A stretch of 64,000 bases of DNA from an uncultured Flavobacterium sp. GTDB lineage: Bacteria > Bacteroidota > Bacteroidia > Flavobacteriales > Flavobacteriaceae. The stretch covers positions 92,346-156,345 of the forward strand of contig CAYPCZ010000001.1 in NCBI GenBank assembly GCA_964409345.1, in the 5' to 3' direction. Shown piece after piece: positions 19,661 to 30,023 of this stretch (positions are counted from its first letter, which is position 1; each line of letters opens with the position of its first letter). Both the position numbers and the translations under genes were made by a program. The notes under the pieces were generated by a model, which was not told the DNA's origin, searched no databases, and was given only the letters and a program-made list of their open reading frames with translations.

Positions 19661-22331
19661 TAACCTAACTATCAACTGTTTAACTCCTAATAAAGATAAG
19701 ATTAGGATTTTAACAACTGGAGATGATCCTAGATTACAAACTGGATTTGGAATTGTTCATTCTCATATTTTAACTGAGTTGTACAAAAATGAAGATTATC
19801 AGATTGTTACTGCTGGATGGACTCCTCCTAGAGATTCAAGAACTGAAAGTAGACCACTTGCTGGTGATGGGTTGAATGTTGATAACAATACAGATTGGAA
19901 TATTGTTGACTGTAAATCATTCATGTTTGACAACCATGCTTCTGATACCCTACCTAGAATGTATAAAGTTTTTCAACCCCATGTTATACTTTCTATTGGT
20001 GATGCCTGGATGCTTAATCCTGTGTATGGTCTTAAAAAACAACATCCAAATAAATTTAATTGGATAGCATATACTCCTATTGATGGATTTCCTCTAAAAG
20101 ATGAATTTGCTGAGATTTTAAATAAAGCAGATAACCTTGTAGCATACAGTAGTTGGGCAAAAAATATAATTGAAGAAAAATTACCACAAAAAGATATATG
20201 GGTTATTAATCATGGAGTGGACGAAAAAACATTCTATCCATTAAATGAAGATAAAAAAGAACTTAGAAATACAATTGGTTTAAATGATATTGATTTTCTT
20301 GTTGGGTGGGTAGCTAGAAATACTCCGAGAAAAAGAGCCGATATTGCAATTAAAGCATTTGCATATTTTAAAAGTGCATCATTATCTTGTTCAAATTGTT
20401 TGATTGAAATTTTTGAAGTAAATGAAACTGGTCATATAAAGAATTCACAATTTGAAAAGATAAACAAGAATGAAAAAGTAGAATGTTCTATTTGTAATAA
20501 AGAAATGGTTTATACAGAACCAAAAAAGAATGTCAAATTATATTTGCACACACCCGTTGATGAGAAGGAAGGTTTTGCCTTAGAGTCTCTTTCAAAAGAA
20601 TTTGGTATAAATGGAAGCGTTCTTCATCCTGATAAAGTTATTGTAGGTCAGGGTGTTAATAAGAATTATATGAATATTCTTTATAATTCTTTTGATGTTA
20701 CATTTAACTCTGCTGAAGCCGAAGGATGGGGAATGCCCATACATGAATCTATGGCGTGTCGTGTACCCGTTGTAGTGCCTAATTTCGGGGGTTATTTGGG
20801 CGATTTGGTGCGACCATTTGAAACCGGATTCGTGGCCGAAAATGAAGCTCTAAATAGGGATTATTCAACCAACTACATAAGAGCATTACCAAGTGGTATA
20901 AATATAGCTCTTTTATTAGATTTGGTTTATTATAGCAAGATTAATCAGTTAGATGTATTTCTAAAAAGATGGAATATATCAGAGTATAAATTAAGTTATA
21001 TTTATAATATAATTAAAGAATATCCAAACATAGTAGAAAATGTTATTGATGGTGGATATAATCAAGCAATTGATTTGAAATGGAATGAACTTGCTAGTAA
21101 ATTTAATTTAATAATTCAAGAAACTACACCTGAAATAAAGAAAAAAGAATTACTATCAAATATAAGTACTGAGAATAATCTTCTTGCTATTTCTGATATA
21201 TCTTCAACAAAAGATATGTTTTTTGCTGGCCCAGAAAAGTTTTTTAGAGAGTCTTTAAATTTATTTAAAGATCAATATAATATTCACTCTGTGGGTTATG
21301 CAGAAAATAAAAAACCAGTATTTGATATATCTTCTAATAAAGAAGATGATATTAATGTGTGGAAAATTAATTATAATTCAGTTAAATTAAAAGAACTTAT
21401 TGATGCATTTAGACCAAAAGTTTTATTTAGTTTTGGTTATTCTTTAAATGAAGTTTATAGTGAAGCTTTATTTCAAAGTATTCCACTGATTTCATTTGTT
21501 CCATTTTGGGATTTACTTTGTGGTAATCCACTAAGGATGGCTACATGTAAGTATAATTGTCAGAGTTGTAGTTCTTATTTAGATAAGAATCATATAGGTG
21601 TTCATGAAATGTATTTGAAAGCCTTAAATTATTCTAGCATTTTAGTTTTTCCATCTAAGTTTGCAAGTGAAACATTTAATAAACTTTGGGGAAACAAAAT
21701 ACAAGGTCTTGCTGAAAAATCTTTAGTATTGTATCCAGATGTAAATGAAAATGATAAAAATATTATTTCTTCAAATTACAATATGAATGAAGATGCTAAA
21801 TTTATAACATTGATGTCTTCTAAAGAAGAGAAGGGTGCATTGTTGTTCGCTGAAATGGCAATGAATCTTCCAGAGTTTGATTTTTTATCTGTTGATCCTC
21901 AAGGTGAAACAGTAAGAAATTTATTTTCTTTTGTTGAAGAAAAAGTAGGTAATTTAACTTCAACACCAAGGTTACAAAAACCAATTGAAGTTTACTCTCA
22001 TTCTAAACTGGTGTTAGTTCCCTCTGTTTGGAAAGAGCCATTTAGTAGGGTTGTTTTTGAGGCGGCATTAAATGGTATTCCAGTTTTAGCAGCGAATCAT
22101 TCTGGTATGAGTGAATTATTACCAAAATCAGTTTTAATTGATGATTATTATAATCTTAATGAATGGGTTAAAAGGATTCAAGAAGTTATGACTGATTACA
22201 AGTTAAGACAGAAGATGTTAGTAGATATTAACAAGTCGTATGTTACATATAGAAATTCATATAATAATCAAAAAAACCATTTTAAGAATAGAATTAATGA
22301 TTTACTTAAAGAAGAAATATTAGAGGTTTAA
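19647..22331 (+). CDS. two-domain glycosyltransferase (GT-B, GT1/GT4-like x2)
   Basis: 894 aa; EAEGWGMPIHESMACRVPVV and second KEPFSRVVFEAALNGIPVL (E-x7-E type motifs); Cys-rich insert between them. Confidence 0.7.
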   Translation: MKKDNNLTINCLTPNKDKIRILTTGDDPRLQTGFGIVHSHILTELYKNEDYQIVTAGWTPPRDSRTESRPLAGDGLNVDNNTDWNIVDCKSFMFDNHASDTLPRMYKVFQPHVILSIGDAWMLNPVYGLKKQHPNKFNWIAYTPIDGFPLKDEFAEILNKADNLVAYSSWAKNIIEEKLPQKDIWVINHGVDEKTFYPLNEDKKELRNTIGLNDIDFLVGWVARNTPRKRADIAIKAFAYFKSASLSCSNCLIEIFEVNETGHIKNSQFEKINKNEKVECSICNKEMVYTEPKKNVKLYLHTPVDEKEGFALESLSKEFGINGSVLHPDKVIVGQGVNKNYMNILYNSFDVTFNSAEAEGWGMPIHESMACRVPVVVPNFGGYLGDLVRPFETGFVAENEALNRDYSTNYIRALPSGINIALLLDLVYYSKINQLDVFLKRWNISEYKLSYIYNIIKEYPNIVENVIDGGYNQAIDLKWNELASKFNLIIQETTPEIKKKELLSNISTENNLLAISDISSTKDMFFAGPEKFFRESLNLFKDQYNIHSVGYAENKKPVFDISSNKEDDINVWKINYNSVKLKELIDAFRPKVLFSFGYSLNEVYSEALFQSIPLISFVPFWDLLCGNPLRMATCKYNCQSCSSYLDKNHIGVHEMYLKALNYSSILVFPSKFASETFNKLWGNKIQGLAEKSLVLYPDVNENDKNIISSNYNMNEDAKFITLMSSKEEKGALLFAEMAMNLPEFDFLSVDPQGETVRNLFSFVEEKVGNLTSTPRLQKPIEVYSHSKLVLVPSVWKEPFSRVVFEAALNGIPVLAANHSGMSELLPKSVLIDDYYNLNEWVKRIQEVMTDYKLRQKMLVDINKSYVTYRNSYNNQKNHFKNRINDLLKEEILEV

Positions 22332-22676
22332 ATGTTTTTTGATTGTCTTTCTGAATCAACTCTTAATAAGATATATGTTTCTTTAAAATTAATATATGGT
22401 GAATTTAGGTATGATAAAGAATTAATAAAACAATTTCTTTATAGGTTTTGTGAATCAAGAAAAATACCTTTTGATCATTCTTGTCTAAGAGTTCTTATTA
22501 AGAAAGAGATTATAATATCTGATAATTCATATATGCCAATAAGCGATGTTATATCTGGTATTTATTGTTCTGATTTTATTGGAAAAAATAATTCTTATTT
22601 TGGTGATCAGATGTTAAAAGAACTGTTGAGAAAATATTCTAACAAAAAGATAAGTATAATAATATTAGAGGATTAA
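22332..22676 (+). CDS. hypothetical protein
   Basis: 114-aa ORF abutting the glycosyltransferase stop. Confidence 0.45.
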   Translation: MFFDCLSESTLNKIYVSLKLIYGEFRYDKELIKQFLYRFCESRKIPFDHSCLRVLIKKEIIISDNSYMPISDVISGIYCSDFIGKNNSYFGDQMLKELLRKYSNKKISIIILED

Positions 22677-22682
22677 TTATTT

Positions 22683-23525
22683 ATGAAATTACTAAATGAA
22701 AATATAAAAATGAATTTAATATTTAATGAGATAAAATCTCTAAAAGAATTTCAACAAAGATATGATCCAGATTCAGATTGTTATCCTGTAGCAAGTTTTG
22801 ATTTACATATTGATGAGATTTCTATATCAGGTTTTTATATATATATGGTTGACGTTAAGTCTGATTTAAATTTTATTAATAATATTCTAATTTCTTTTCC
22901 TGATAATTTTAATGTAGAAGAAAGAGATTTTAGATTTGAAATAATTAAAAATGCAGAAATGTTTTTTGAAGGAATTGCCGATACAAAAGAATTTTTAAAA
23001 GCTTTGCGTGATAAATTTTTTGTCAACACAGAAGGAAATAGATTATCTGACAGTGTATCAAGTGATGTTGTTAAAAAAGAAGTAAATACAGAAAAAAACA
23101 CAATTGATAACAACTTTGGATATAAAAAAGAAGAAGATGAGATTCCATTTTCTGATAAATCATCTGATAAATTAGAAGTAGAACAGGAAGAAGAACAGGA
23201 AGAAGAAGAATTAATTGTTGATCAATATGATCCAAATGATATAGATTTAGATTCTTTGATGGATTCTTCTATGCCAGAGCAAATTTCACCACACAAAAAT
23301 ACAGAAGATAAAAATCTTATTGAAAAAGAAACAGAAATAAAGAATGAAGAATCTAAAAAAATACAAGTAGATACCGAAGATATTGTAAAAGAAAAACCCA
23401 TACAGGAAACAGAAATAGAGAATAATAAAAAAGAATCAGCATCGTCAAGTATAATGGATTCTGATATTGATTTCTCGGATATTTTTAATGATGACGAAGA
23501 CGAACCCACATCAACAGATTTTTAA
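22683..23525 (+). CDS. hypothetical acidic protein
   Basis: 280 aa; very E/D-rich C-terminal half. Confidence 0.5.
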   Translation: MKLLNENIKMNLIFNEIKSLKEFQQRYDPDSDCYPVASFDLHIDEISISGFYIYMVDVKSDLNFINNILISFPDNFNVEERDFRFEIIKNAEMFFEGIADTKEFLKALRDKFFVNTEGNRLSDSVSSDVVKKEVNTEKNTIDNNFGYKKEEDEIPFSDKSSDKLEVEQEEEQEEEELIVDQYDPNDIDLDSLMDSSMPEQISPHKNTEDKNLIEKETEIKNEESKKIQVDTEDIVKEKPIQETEIENNKKESASSSIMDSDIDFSDIFNDDEDEPTSTDF

Positions 23526-24405
23526 AATATATATAAAAGAAGAAAATTTTCTTGAAAAGGGTCTAGTTAGTTTGATTGGACCCTTTTATTCTCAATATAT
23601 TTACTATTGTTTAAAGCAGTCTGTATTAAAAAATTCTCATTTATTTTCATATAACTTCGATGAGTGTTCAAATATTTTGTTGAACAGTTATAATTATAAG
23701 GATATAAAATATGATGAGAATAAAATATACTCAGTATTGAATTTTAATAAATTTTTTTCTATTGATAGCTTCTTAGATAAGAAGAATGTAAATATCATAA
23801 ATTTCTCAAAAGAATATATTGTATCAAATAATTGCAATAACTTCAATATCTTTCCTCCATTCGATTATTCTATTTATGTTAAAGATGAATATGATTCTTT
23901 TATCTCTCCAAAATATAATTCTTTTAATTTTAGTGTTTTTTGTAATGAATTAGATGAAATAGAAGAACTCTTTAAATTTTGGATAAAAAGTAAGATAATA
24001 TTTGGAAATATATATTGTTTTTATTATAACACTTCAAAAAAAGATCAAGAATATATTAAAAAATATTCAAATTTAAATCATAATAAGAATATTATATTTT
24101 GTAACTTAAATAATGTTAATTTTAATTTAATAATGAATGCTTTAAAAACTTGTGTATTTTCATTGCATTATTCTTATAGTATGGTTTATCCATTTTGGGC
24201 AGCAAGATTCAAGTGTTATCCAATTGTTCTAAGTGAAGATGTGTTTTCTTCTTATGTAAAGTATATTAAAAATAAAGAATATTTTATACCTATTGTTGAG
24301 GGGTTTTGGAATTATCCTAAAGAATTAGCTACTCTTATAAAACAATTAGAAAAAATAAAGATTAATAAGTTTAATTTATCAGATATGATAATAAAAGGAA
24401 ATTAA
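23467..24405 (+). CDS. hypothetical protein (start uncertain)
   Basis: 312-aa ORF; in-frame ATGs occur only at 23467-23491, overlapping the upstream gene by 35-59 nt. Confidence 0.45.
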   Translation: MISRIFLMMTKTNPHQQIFKIYIKEENFLEKGLVSLIGPFYSQYIYYCLKQSVLKNSHLFSYNFDECSNILLNSYNYKDIKYDENKIYSVLNFNKFFSIDSFLDKKNVNIINFSKEYIVSNNCNNFNIFPPFDYSIYVKDEYDSFISPKYNSFNFSVFCNELDEIEELFKFWIKSKIIFGNIYCFYYNTSKKDQEYIKKYSNLNHNKNIIFCNLNNVNFNLIMNALKTCVFSLHYSYSMVYPFWAARFKCYPIVLSEDVFSSYVKYIKNKEYFIPIVEGFWNYPKELATLIKQLEKIKINKFNLSDMIIKGN

Positions 24406-24406
24406 G

Positions 24407-25306
24407 ATGTCAAATGTAGATGTTGAGATGTCGAGTACAGATATTGAAGTATTTAATCATTTAAGTGGTATGGTTGAAGTTCATAAGGTTGCTGTAGTTA
24501 TTTATAAGAAAAGTAATAAAATGAGTATTCCATTTTCTGAATTGAAAAAATTAGCTTTTAAGATGAAAGTAGGATCACCTCAATTTCACTCGGAAACTAC
24601 AATAGAAGATGTTGCGTACAATCATGGTAAAAAACCATTTTCAGATGTTCCATCAATATTTAAGGCTGTTAAAAGACATCTGGTAAAATATTATTTAGAA
24701 ATAATGACTGAATCTGGAACTCAAAAGTTTTACGGAGAAGGTTCTGCTGGTGCTGATAATATTAATAATTGGAGTTTAAAATCTTATGCTTATGAAATTG
24801 CTCACAAAAGAGCTTCTGCAAGATGTTTAAAAAATGCATTAGGAATTAATATGTCAGCAGACGTTGAACTGAGTGGAGATATTGATTCCTTAATAGAAGA
24901 TTCTATGTCTAGTAGCAATTTTTATGTAACAGAAGAATATGAAGAAGTTGAAGAAAATGAAAAAGAAGAGTTAGATATTTCTCCACCTGCTGGTGAAATG
25001 CAGTTAAATTCTATGTATGATTTAATTTGCAGAAAGTTAGATGTTGATTTTAAAGACAACAAGAGTTCTCTTTCTTTTAAACAAATCAAAGATGTAATTA
25101 AAGAAACTGACAGTGAGTTATATAAGATCTTGTTAGAAAATAGAAATGAAACACCATCTGAATTCTGGATCACGAAAAGAGATTTTAAAGAATTTATGGA
25201 TTTTATTACAAGTAAACAAGCTGGTGAATATTTGATGACTCACGGTAATCTATCTCATACTGTTCAAGGAAAACCAAACAAAGCATTAGAAAATAAATCT
25301 ACTTAA
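24407..25306 (+). CDS. possible Rad52/Sak-like single-strand annealing protein
   Basis: 299 aa; segment YAYEIAHKRASARCLKNALGI resembles the conserved A.KRA...LGIG helix of Rad52-family SSAPs (weak, by eye). Confidence 0.35.
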   Translation: MSNVDVEMSSTDIEVFNHLSGMVEVHKVAVVIYKKSNKMSIPFSELKKLAFKMKVGSPQFHSETTIEDVAYNHGKKPFSDVPSIFKAVKRHLVKYYLEIMTESGTQKFYGEGSAGADNINNWSLKSYAYEIAHKRASARCLKNALGINMSADVELSGDIDSLIEDSMSSSNFYVTEEYEEVEENEKEELDISPPAGEMQLNSMYDLICRKLDVDFKDNKSSLSFKQIKDVIKETDSELYKILLENRNETPSEFWITKRDFKEFMDFITSKQAGEYLMTHGNLSHTVQGKPNKALENKST

Positions 25307-25562
25307 ATTTTAGTATTTGTTATATTTTTCACAAATAGGATAATTGTTTTGGTTGGCTAAAATAAAAATCTGTGTATGTACAATTGGTTGATTTTTATAT
25401 TCCTATTTGGTGTTTATATAGCTATATTTTGTGTTGTACAGATGCAGCCTAAATCTAAAATGTATATCGTATAATCACAAAATTTATTGATATAATTTAT
25501 ATCAAAAGTTCTAATTAGAATTAAGTAAGATTTAAAATTCCAGAATTTATGAGGTAAAAATA

Positions 25563-26633
25563 ATGTCCGCAACTTTAGATTCGGTATCAGAAAGATCTTC
25601 TATGTTAGATAAAGAAGATGTAATTTTTAATAAAGAATTAGAAAAAGATAAAAATTTAAAAAGTAATATATTTACTCCACGCACAGCTTTTAAGCCTTTT
25701 GAATATGATGTTACAAGATTTAAAGATGCTATAAATCATAGTTACTGGTTAGTGTCTGAATTTAATTTTACTTCTGATATTCAGGATTTTAAAGTAAGAC
25801 TTAATGATAAAGAAAAAAATATAGTTAAAAATACTTTATTGGCTATTTCTCAAATAGAAGTTGCGGTTAAAAAGTTTTGGACAAAATTAGGTGAAAGATT
25901 TCCAAAAGCAGAATTTGAACAGGTGGGAGTAACTTTTGGAGAAAGTGAAGTAAGACATGCAGATGCATATTCTCATCTTCTGCAAGTTTTAGGATTAAAT
26001 GATGAATTTGATAATATTTTAGATATTCCCGCTATTAAGCATAGAGTTAGTGAATTGGGAAAATGTTTATCTGAAGCAAATTCTGTTTCTGATAAAAAAT
26101 ATATTTTTACTTTAACTTTATTTTCTATTTTTATTGAGAACGTAAGTTTATTTAGTCAGTTTGTTGTCATTAAGTCTTTTAATAAATATAAAAATTATTT
26201 AAAAGAAATTGATAATGTTGTTCAGGCAACTCAAAAAGAAGAACTTGTTCATGCTTTGTTTGGTATTCAGTTAATTAATTTTATTAAAAATGAAAATCCA
26301 GAATGGTTTGATGAGGAATTTTACGAGAAAGTTAAGTATGCTTGTGTTGTTTCTTATGGTGCCGAATGTGAAGTTGTTGATTGGATTTTTGAAAAAGGTG
26401 ATTTAGATTTTATTGGAAAAGATGTTCTTAAGGAATTTATAAAAGATAGATTAAACAAAAGCCTTGAGATGATTGGAACAAATCCAATTTTTGATATAGA
26501 TCAAGAAAAACTCTCTGAATTAAGATGGTTTGATGAAGAAGTTTTGTCAGAAGTAAACACCGATTTCTTTTATAAAAGACCTGTTACTTATAGCAAAAAG
26601 ATGCAGTCAGTAACAAGCGAGGATTTATTTTAA
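25563..26633 (+). CDS. nrdB: class I ribonucleotide reductase beta subunit
   Basis: Di-iron ligand blocks GESEVRHADAYSHLL and QKEELVHALFG; FSIFIENVSLFSQF; immediately followed by the alpha subunit. Confidence 0.85.
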   Translation: MSATLDSVSERSSMLDKEDVIFNKELEKDKNLKSNIFTPRTAFKPFEYDVTRFKDAINHSYWLVSEFNFTSDIQDFKVRLNDKEKNIVKNTLLAISQIEVAVKKFWTKLGERFPKAEFEQVGVTFGESEVRHADAYSHLLQVLGLNDEFDNILDIPAIKHRVSELGKCLSEANSVSDKKYIFTLTLFSIFIENVSLFSQFVVIKSFNKYKNYLKEIDNVVQATQKEELVHALFGIQLINFIKNENPEWFDEEFYEKVKYACVVSYGAECEVVDWIFEKGDLDFIGKDVLKEFIKDRLNKSLEMIGTNPIFDIDQEKLSELRWFDEEVLSEVNTDFFYKRPVTYSKKMQSVTSEDLF

Positions 26634-26635
26634 AC

Positions 26636-28285
26636 ATGGATAAAGAATATATTTGGTATAACGATATTTCTAAGTTGTTTCTAGAAAGAGGTTATTTACT
26701 TCCGAATCAATCTCTAGATGAGAGAGTTAGTATTATTTGTGAAAGAGCAGAAAAAATATTGGGGATGTCTGGCTTTGCTGAAAATTTTAAAGCTAATATC
26801 AAAAAAGGTTGGTATTCTTTAAGTAGCCCAATTTGGTCAAATTTTGGTACCAATAGAGGACTCCCAATTTCTTGCTTTGGCTCTTATGTAGAAGATGATA
26901 TGGCTTCTATTCTTGCTACTCATGCAGAAGTAGGTATGATGACGAAACACGGGGGTGGTACCTCTGCTTATTTTGGTGCATTAAGGGGTAGAGGTGAACC
27001 AATAACCAATAACGGAGATAGCAGTGGTTCAGTTCATTTTATGAAAATGTTTGAAGTTGATGTTAATTTAGTTTCTCAAGGAAGTACAAGACGGGGATCG
27101 TTTGCTGCTTATTTACCAATTTGGCATAAAGATATTTTAGAATTTCTTCAAATAAGAAGTGATGGAAATCCAATTCAAACATTATCCTTTGGTGTTTGTG
27201 TGCCAGACGAGTGGCTTCAAGAAATGATTGACGGAGATGTCAAGAAAAGAGAAGTATGGGCCAAGGTAATAGAGTCTAGACTTAATACCGGCTATCCTTA
27301 TATTCTGTTTACTGGTAATATGAATAAGAATAAACCTGATGCTTATCTTGATCAAGATATGGAGATTCATAGCTCAAATTTATGTACGGAAATAATGCTA
27401 CCATCTAATGAAAGAGAATCATTTGTTTGTGACTTATCTAGTATGAATATTTATCACTATGATGAGTGGAAAGATACAGATGCAGTCAGACTGTTAACTT
27501 ACTTTTTAGATGCTGTGATGACAGAGTTTATAGAGAGTGCTAAAAGTATTCCTTTTATGGAGAGAGCTGTTAGATTTGCACAAAGACACAGGGCTTTAGG
27601 TATAGGGTGGCTTGGTTATCATTCTTATTTACAAAGGAATATGATACCGTTTGAAAGTACAGAAGCTAAATTTAAAAATATTGAAATTGCAAAGAATATA
27701 AAAAATCAGGCATGGCAAGCATCTCGAGAGCTAGCACATCATTTTGGTGAACCACCTGTTTTAGAAGGATACGGTAGAAGAAATACAACACTTACTGCTA
27801 TTGCTCCTACAAAATCTTCTTCATTGATATTAGGTCAGGTATCTGAAGGTATTGAACCATATAGAGGTAACTATTACACCAACGATTCCAACAAGATAAA
27901 GTTTTCAGTTAAAAATCCAACATTTAAAGAATTACTTGTTTCTTACAACAAAGATACAAAAGAGATTTGGGATTCTATCTTGGACAATGGTGGAAGTGTT
28001 AAACATTTAGATTTTTTGACAGATAATGAAAAAGATGTATTTAAAACTTTTAAAGAAATATCACCCTTAGAAGTTATAATACAAGCATCAGCTCGTCAAA
28101 AGTATATTGATCAATCACAATCACTTAATATAACAGTCGATCCAAAAACACCAACCAAAGATATTAATACATTATATTTAGAAGCATGGAGAAATGGTGT
28201 TAAATCATTATACTATCAGTTTTCTCAAAATGCAGCTCAGCAGCTAACAAGATCAATCCTTTATTGTTCAAGTTGTGAAAGTTAG
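26636..28285 (+). CDS. nrdA: class I ribonucleotide reductase alpha subunit (short form, no ATP-cone evident)
   Basis: SCFG, GGGTSAYFGALRGRGEPI, RRGSFAAYLPIWHKDILEFL, SNLCTEI, APTKSSS, C-terminal LYYQ and CSSC tail. Confidence 0.85.
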   Translation: MDKEYIWYNDISKLFLERGYLLPNQSLDERVSIICERAEKILGMSGFAENFKANIKKGWYSLSSPIWSNFGTNRGLPISCFGSYVEDDMASILATHAEVGMMTKHGGGTSAYFGALRGRGEPITNNGDSSGSVHFMKMFEVDVNLVSQGSTRRGSFAAYLPIWHKDILEFLQIRSDGNPIQTLSFGVCVPDEWLQEMIDGDVKKREVWAKVIESRLNTGYPYILFTGNMNKNKPDAYLDQDMEIHSSNLCTEIMLPSNERESFVCDLSSMNIYHYDEWKDTDAVRLLTYFLDAVMTEFIESAKSIPFMERAVRFAQRHRALGIGWLGYHSYLQRNMIPFESTEAKFKNIEIAKNIKNQAWQASRELAHHFGEPPVLEGYGRRNTTLTAIAPTKSSSLILGQVSEGIEPYRGNYYTNDSNKIKFSVKNPTFKELLVSYNKDTKEIWDSILDNGGSVKHLDFLTDNEKDVFKTFKEISPLEVIIQASARQKYIDQSQSLNITVDPKTPTKDINTLYLEAWRNGVKSLYYQFSQNAAQQLTRSILYCSSCES

Positions 28286-28356
28286 AAAATTGTAGGTTTG
28301 ATACCACATAAACCAAATGATTAGTAATTTATATTTAGATTACTAAGGAGTTTTAA

Positions 28357-29346
28357 ATGTCAATTGAGATTGTTGATAATAAAGTTAGAGAGCAGATTGA
28401 TCAGATAGCTGATATGAAAAAACTTGTATCAGCTTATATGAAAACAATAATGGCAAATACAGAATCTGGAGCTCCAGTTGCTGATGAGTATCCTACTTTT
28501 TGGTACACTGTAGACTCTACAGGAGATCAGGATTATGAGAATACTATCAAGGGTGAAAGTTTAACTCTTATTGATCAAGCATTGTTAGGTGGACTTAATT
28601 TAGGAAGTACAATGTCTGAGTGGTTTAATTTACACGAATCGTATTTTCAGTTAAAAAGAAATTATGGTAATGGTTTTTCAGGTTGGTTAGATGAAAATCA
28701 TTATAGAGTTTCTAGTGATTTTAATTTAGTTTATGAAGAGGCTCGTGGTATATCGCTTGATCCTAGATATGTTTATTTGGACAATGATGATGATTCTTAT
28801 ACTTTAGCATCTATAGCTGGCACTACATATACATATCCTAATAGTGGAATCTTGCCTGAGTTTATTGGTGACACTCGTTTAGCTGTTAAGGTGTCAAGTG
28901 GTACAGCTTCAGCAAATACTATAATGACTTTGGTTCTTACAGATCAAACAGATGAAACAACAAGATCAATAGATGTGTCTATATCAAGTGGAATGACTAC
29001 ATCACAAGAAATTATTGTAGGTGAAGTAACACCATCAGTAATAACTGTGGGTGCTATAAATACTACATTAACTGTTCCTAATATTTCAAATTTTAAATCA
29101 AATACTTATGCATTTATAAGAAATGTTAGTACCAACGAGAATGATTATATTTTGATTTCTGAAGTTACTCCCACAAGTGGAGGTTCTGGCACTATTGTAG
29201 TTCCAAATTTAAAATTAACCACATCTCCTACATCAAATATTCGTGTGTCTCCTGCATTTTATGGAGTGTCATCTGTTTCTATGTCGGTTTCTGCTGGAAA
29301 CTTTAAAGTATTCCCAAAGTCTGACAGATCAATTAATAATGATTAA
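28357..29346 (+). CDS. hypothetical protein
   Basis: 329-aa ORF with strong AAGGAG RBS; T/S-rich C-terminal half. Confidence 0.55.
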   Translation: MSIEIVDNKVREQIDQIADMKKLVSAYMKTIMANTESGAPVADEYPTFWYTVDSTGDQDYENTIKGESLTLIDQALLGGLNLGSTMSEWFNLHESYFQLKRNYGNGFSGWLDENHYRVSSDFNLVYEEARGISLDPRYVYLDNDDDSYTLASIAGTTYTYPNSGILPEFIGDTRLAVKVSSGTASANTIMTLVLTDQTDETTRSIDVSISSGMTTSQEIIVGEVTPSVITVGAINTTLTVPNISNFKSNTYAFIRNVSTNENDYILISEVTPTSGGSGTIVVPNLKLTTSPTSNIRVSPAFYGVSSVSMSVSAGNFKVFPKSDRSINND

Positions 29347-29364
29347 TTTAAGAAAGGTTTAAAA

Positions 29365-29949
29365 ATGTTTGGAAGATTGTTTAAAAAAGAAAATAAAGAA
29401 GAATATAGAGAAAGAGACGTGATCGAAATCACGCCTGAGATGGCACAACAACAACTTATAGAGTTGATTAGAAAAGTTTTACCAGATAATAAATTTTTTA
29501 AACCTGAGATGGTAGTACCTCTTATTGTTGTTGTAACCACCCTTGTTTTAAGTAAATTTAATTTTGATAAAGAACAAGTTCTTCAAACTGTACAAGAAAC
29601 TAATGGTCAAATTGTAACTACATATAATGAGTGGGCACCTGTTGTTCTTGGTGTTTTATATGCAATTCTTGGTGGTGGTTCTCTTCAGTATGCATCTGTT
29701 GTTTCTAGGCAAAAAGAACAGACTAGACAAGAAGCAGCAAGATCTGTTGCTGGTTATTCTGATTTCTTAAAAGAGAGGGAAAGAACTCGTGGTTTAGAGT
29801 ATCAAGCTCGTTCTTTGGAGCTTCAGAATTATGCTAAAGAAAAAGAAATTGAGTTGCAAAAAATAATGACTAAAGCAGATAATACTGTTGTTGAAACAAA
29901 TGAAACATCTGATAAGTATGGAGATGTTTCTCCAGAACTTAAAGTATAA
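29365..29949 (+). CDS. hypothetical membrane protein
   Basis: 194 aa; two hydrophobic segments (VVPLIVVVTTLVL; VVLGVLYAILGGG) then a charged coiled-coil tail. Confidence 0.5.
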   Translation: MFGRLFKKENKEEYRERDVIEITPEMAQQQLIELIRKVLPDNKFFKPEMVVPLIVVVTTLVLSKFNFDKEQVLQTVQETNGQIVTTYNEWAPVVLGVLYAILGGGSLQYASVVSRQKEQTRQEAARSVAGYSDFLKERERTRGLEYQARSLELQNYAKEKEIELQKIMTKADNTVVETNETSDKYGDVSPELKV

Positions 29950-29972
29950 AATATAAAAATATTTTAAAAGTA

Positions 29973-30006
29973 TAAGGTGGAGATTAACTTCTCCACCTTA
30001 TTTTTA
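29973..30006 (+). terminator. rho-independent terminator
   Basis: TAAGGTGGAG / CTCCACCTTA 10-bp stem followed by TTTTT. Confidence 0.7.
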
Positions 30007-30023
30007 TTTACAGGGAGTATTAA

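Noticed and set aside
25307-25562. NrdR boxes upstream of the nrd operon
   Set aside because: The palindromes seen do not fit the acaCwAtATaTwGtgt consensus, and they are not spaced about 31 bp apart.
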